64,000 nucleotides of DNA from Octopus vulgaris (lineage: Eukaryota). This document shows, piece by piece, positions 63,962-64,000 of this stretch. A program made the translations under genes and the position numbers. Within the stretch, counting starts at the first letter, position 1, and each line of letters starts with the position of its first letter. The DNA lies in contig OX597825.1 of NCBI GenBank assembly GCA_951406725.2, positions 79,794,001 to 79,858,000 of the forward strand, written 5' to 3'. The notes below the pieces were generated by a model, which worked only from the letters and a program-made list of their open reading frames with translations, had not been told where the DNA came from and did not search any database.

Positions 63962-64000
63962 TTATTGGCCTCTCTGCAGTCCTCACGTCATTTTTGATCA
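63962..64000 (+). CDS. Unidentified membrane-protein gene, exon 11 (transmembrane helix; runs off the window)
   Basis: ttgttttcttctttag| in phase 1; joined to exon 10 it gives SIIIVIGLSAVLTSFLI, an uninterrupted hydrophobic run. Confidence 0.68.

Overview
AT-rich, repeat-dense animal genomic DNA. The SINE, LINE and microsatellite content suggests a coleoid cephalopod, probably Octopus (inference). Two host genes lie head-to-head. One is exon 1 of triosephosphate isomerase on the - strand (3328-3436). The other is an unidentified + strand gene, which I assembled by hand into 11 phase-compatible exons (19496 to >64000, one GC-AG intron). It encodes a ~400-aa glycosylated ectodomain followed by the start of a transmembrane helix. 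The introns hold RTE-type LINEs, tRNA-derived SINEs, Tc1/mariner relics, a Gypsy-like LTR relic plus a solo LTR, and a decayed Penelope-like element (PLE). Most notable structures: (1) An 81-bp satellite (~150 units in three blocks) whose unit is the 3' end of exon 6 plus its splice donor and an acceptor-like tract, with a second, acceptor-less copy of exon 6 inside it. (2) Two (TA)n-flanked palindromic inserts (16127-16623, 28541-28997) that each carry a type I hammerhead ribozyme motif on both strands, plus a decayed third hammerhead, consistent with PLE pseudo-LTRs. All coordinates were read by eye; repeat boundaries are approximate.
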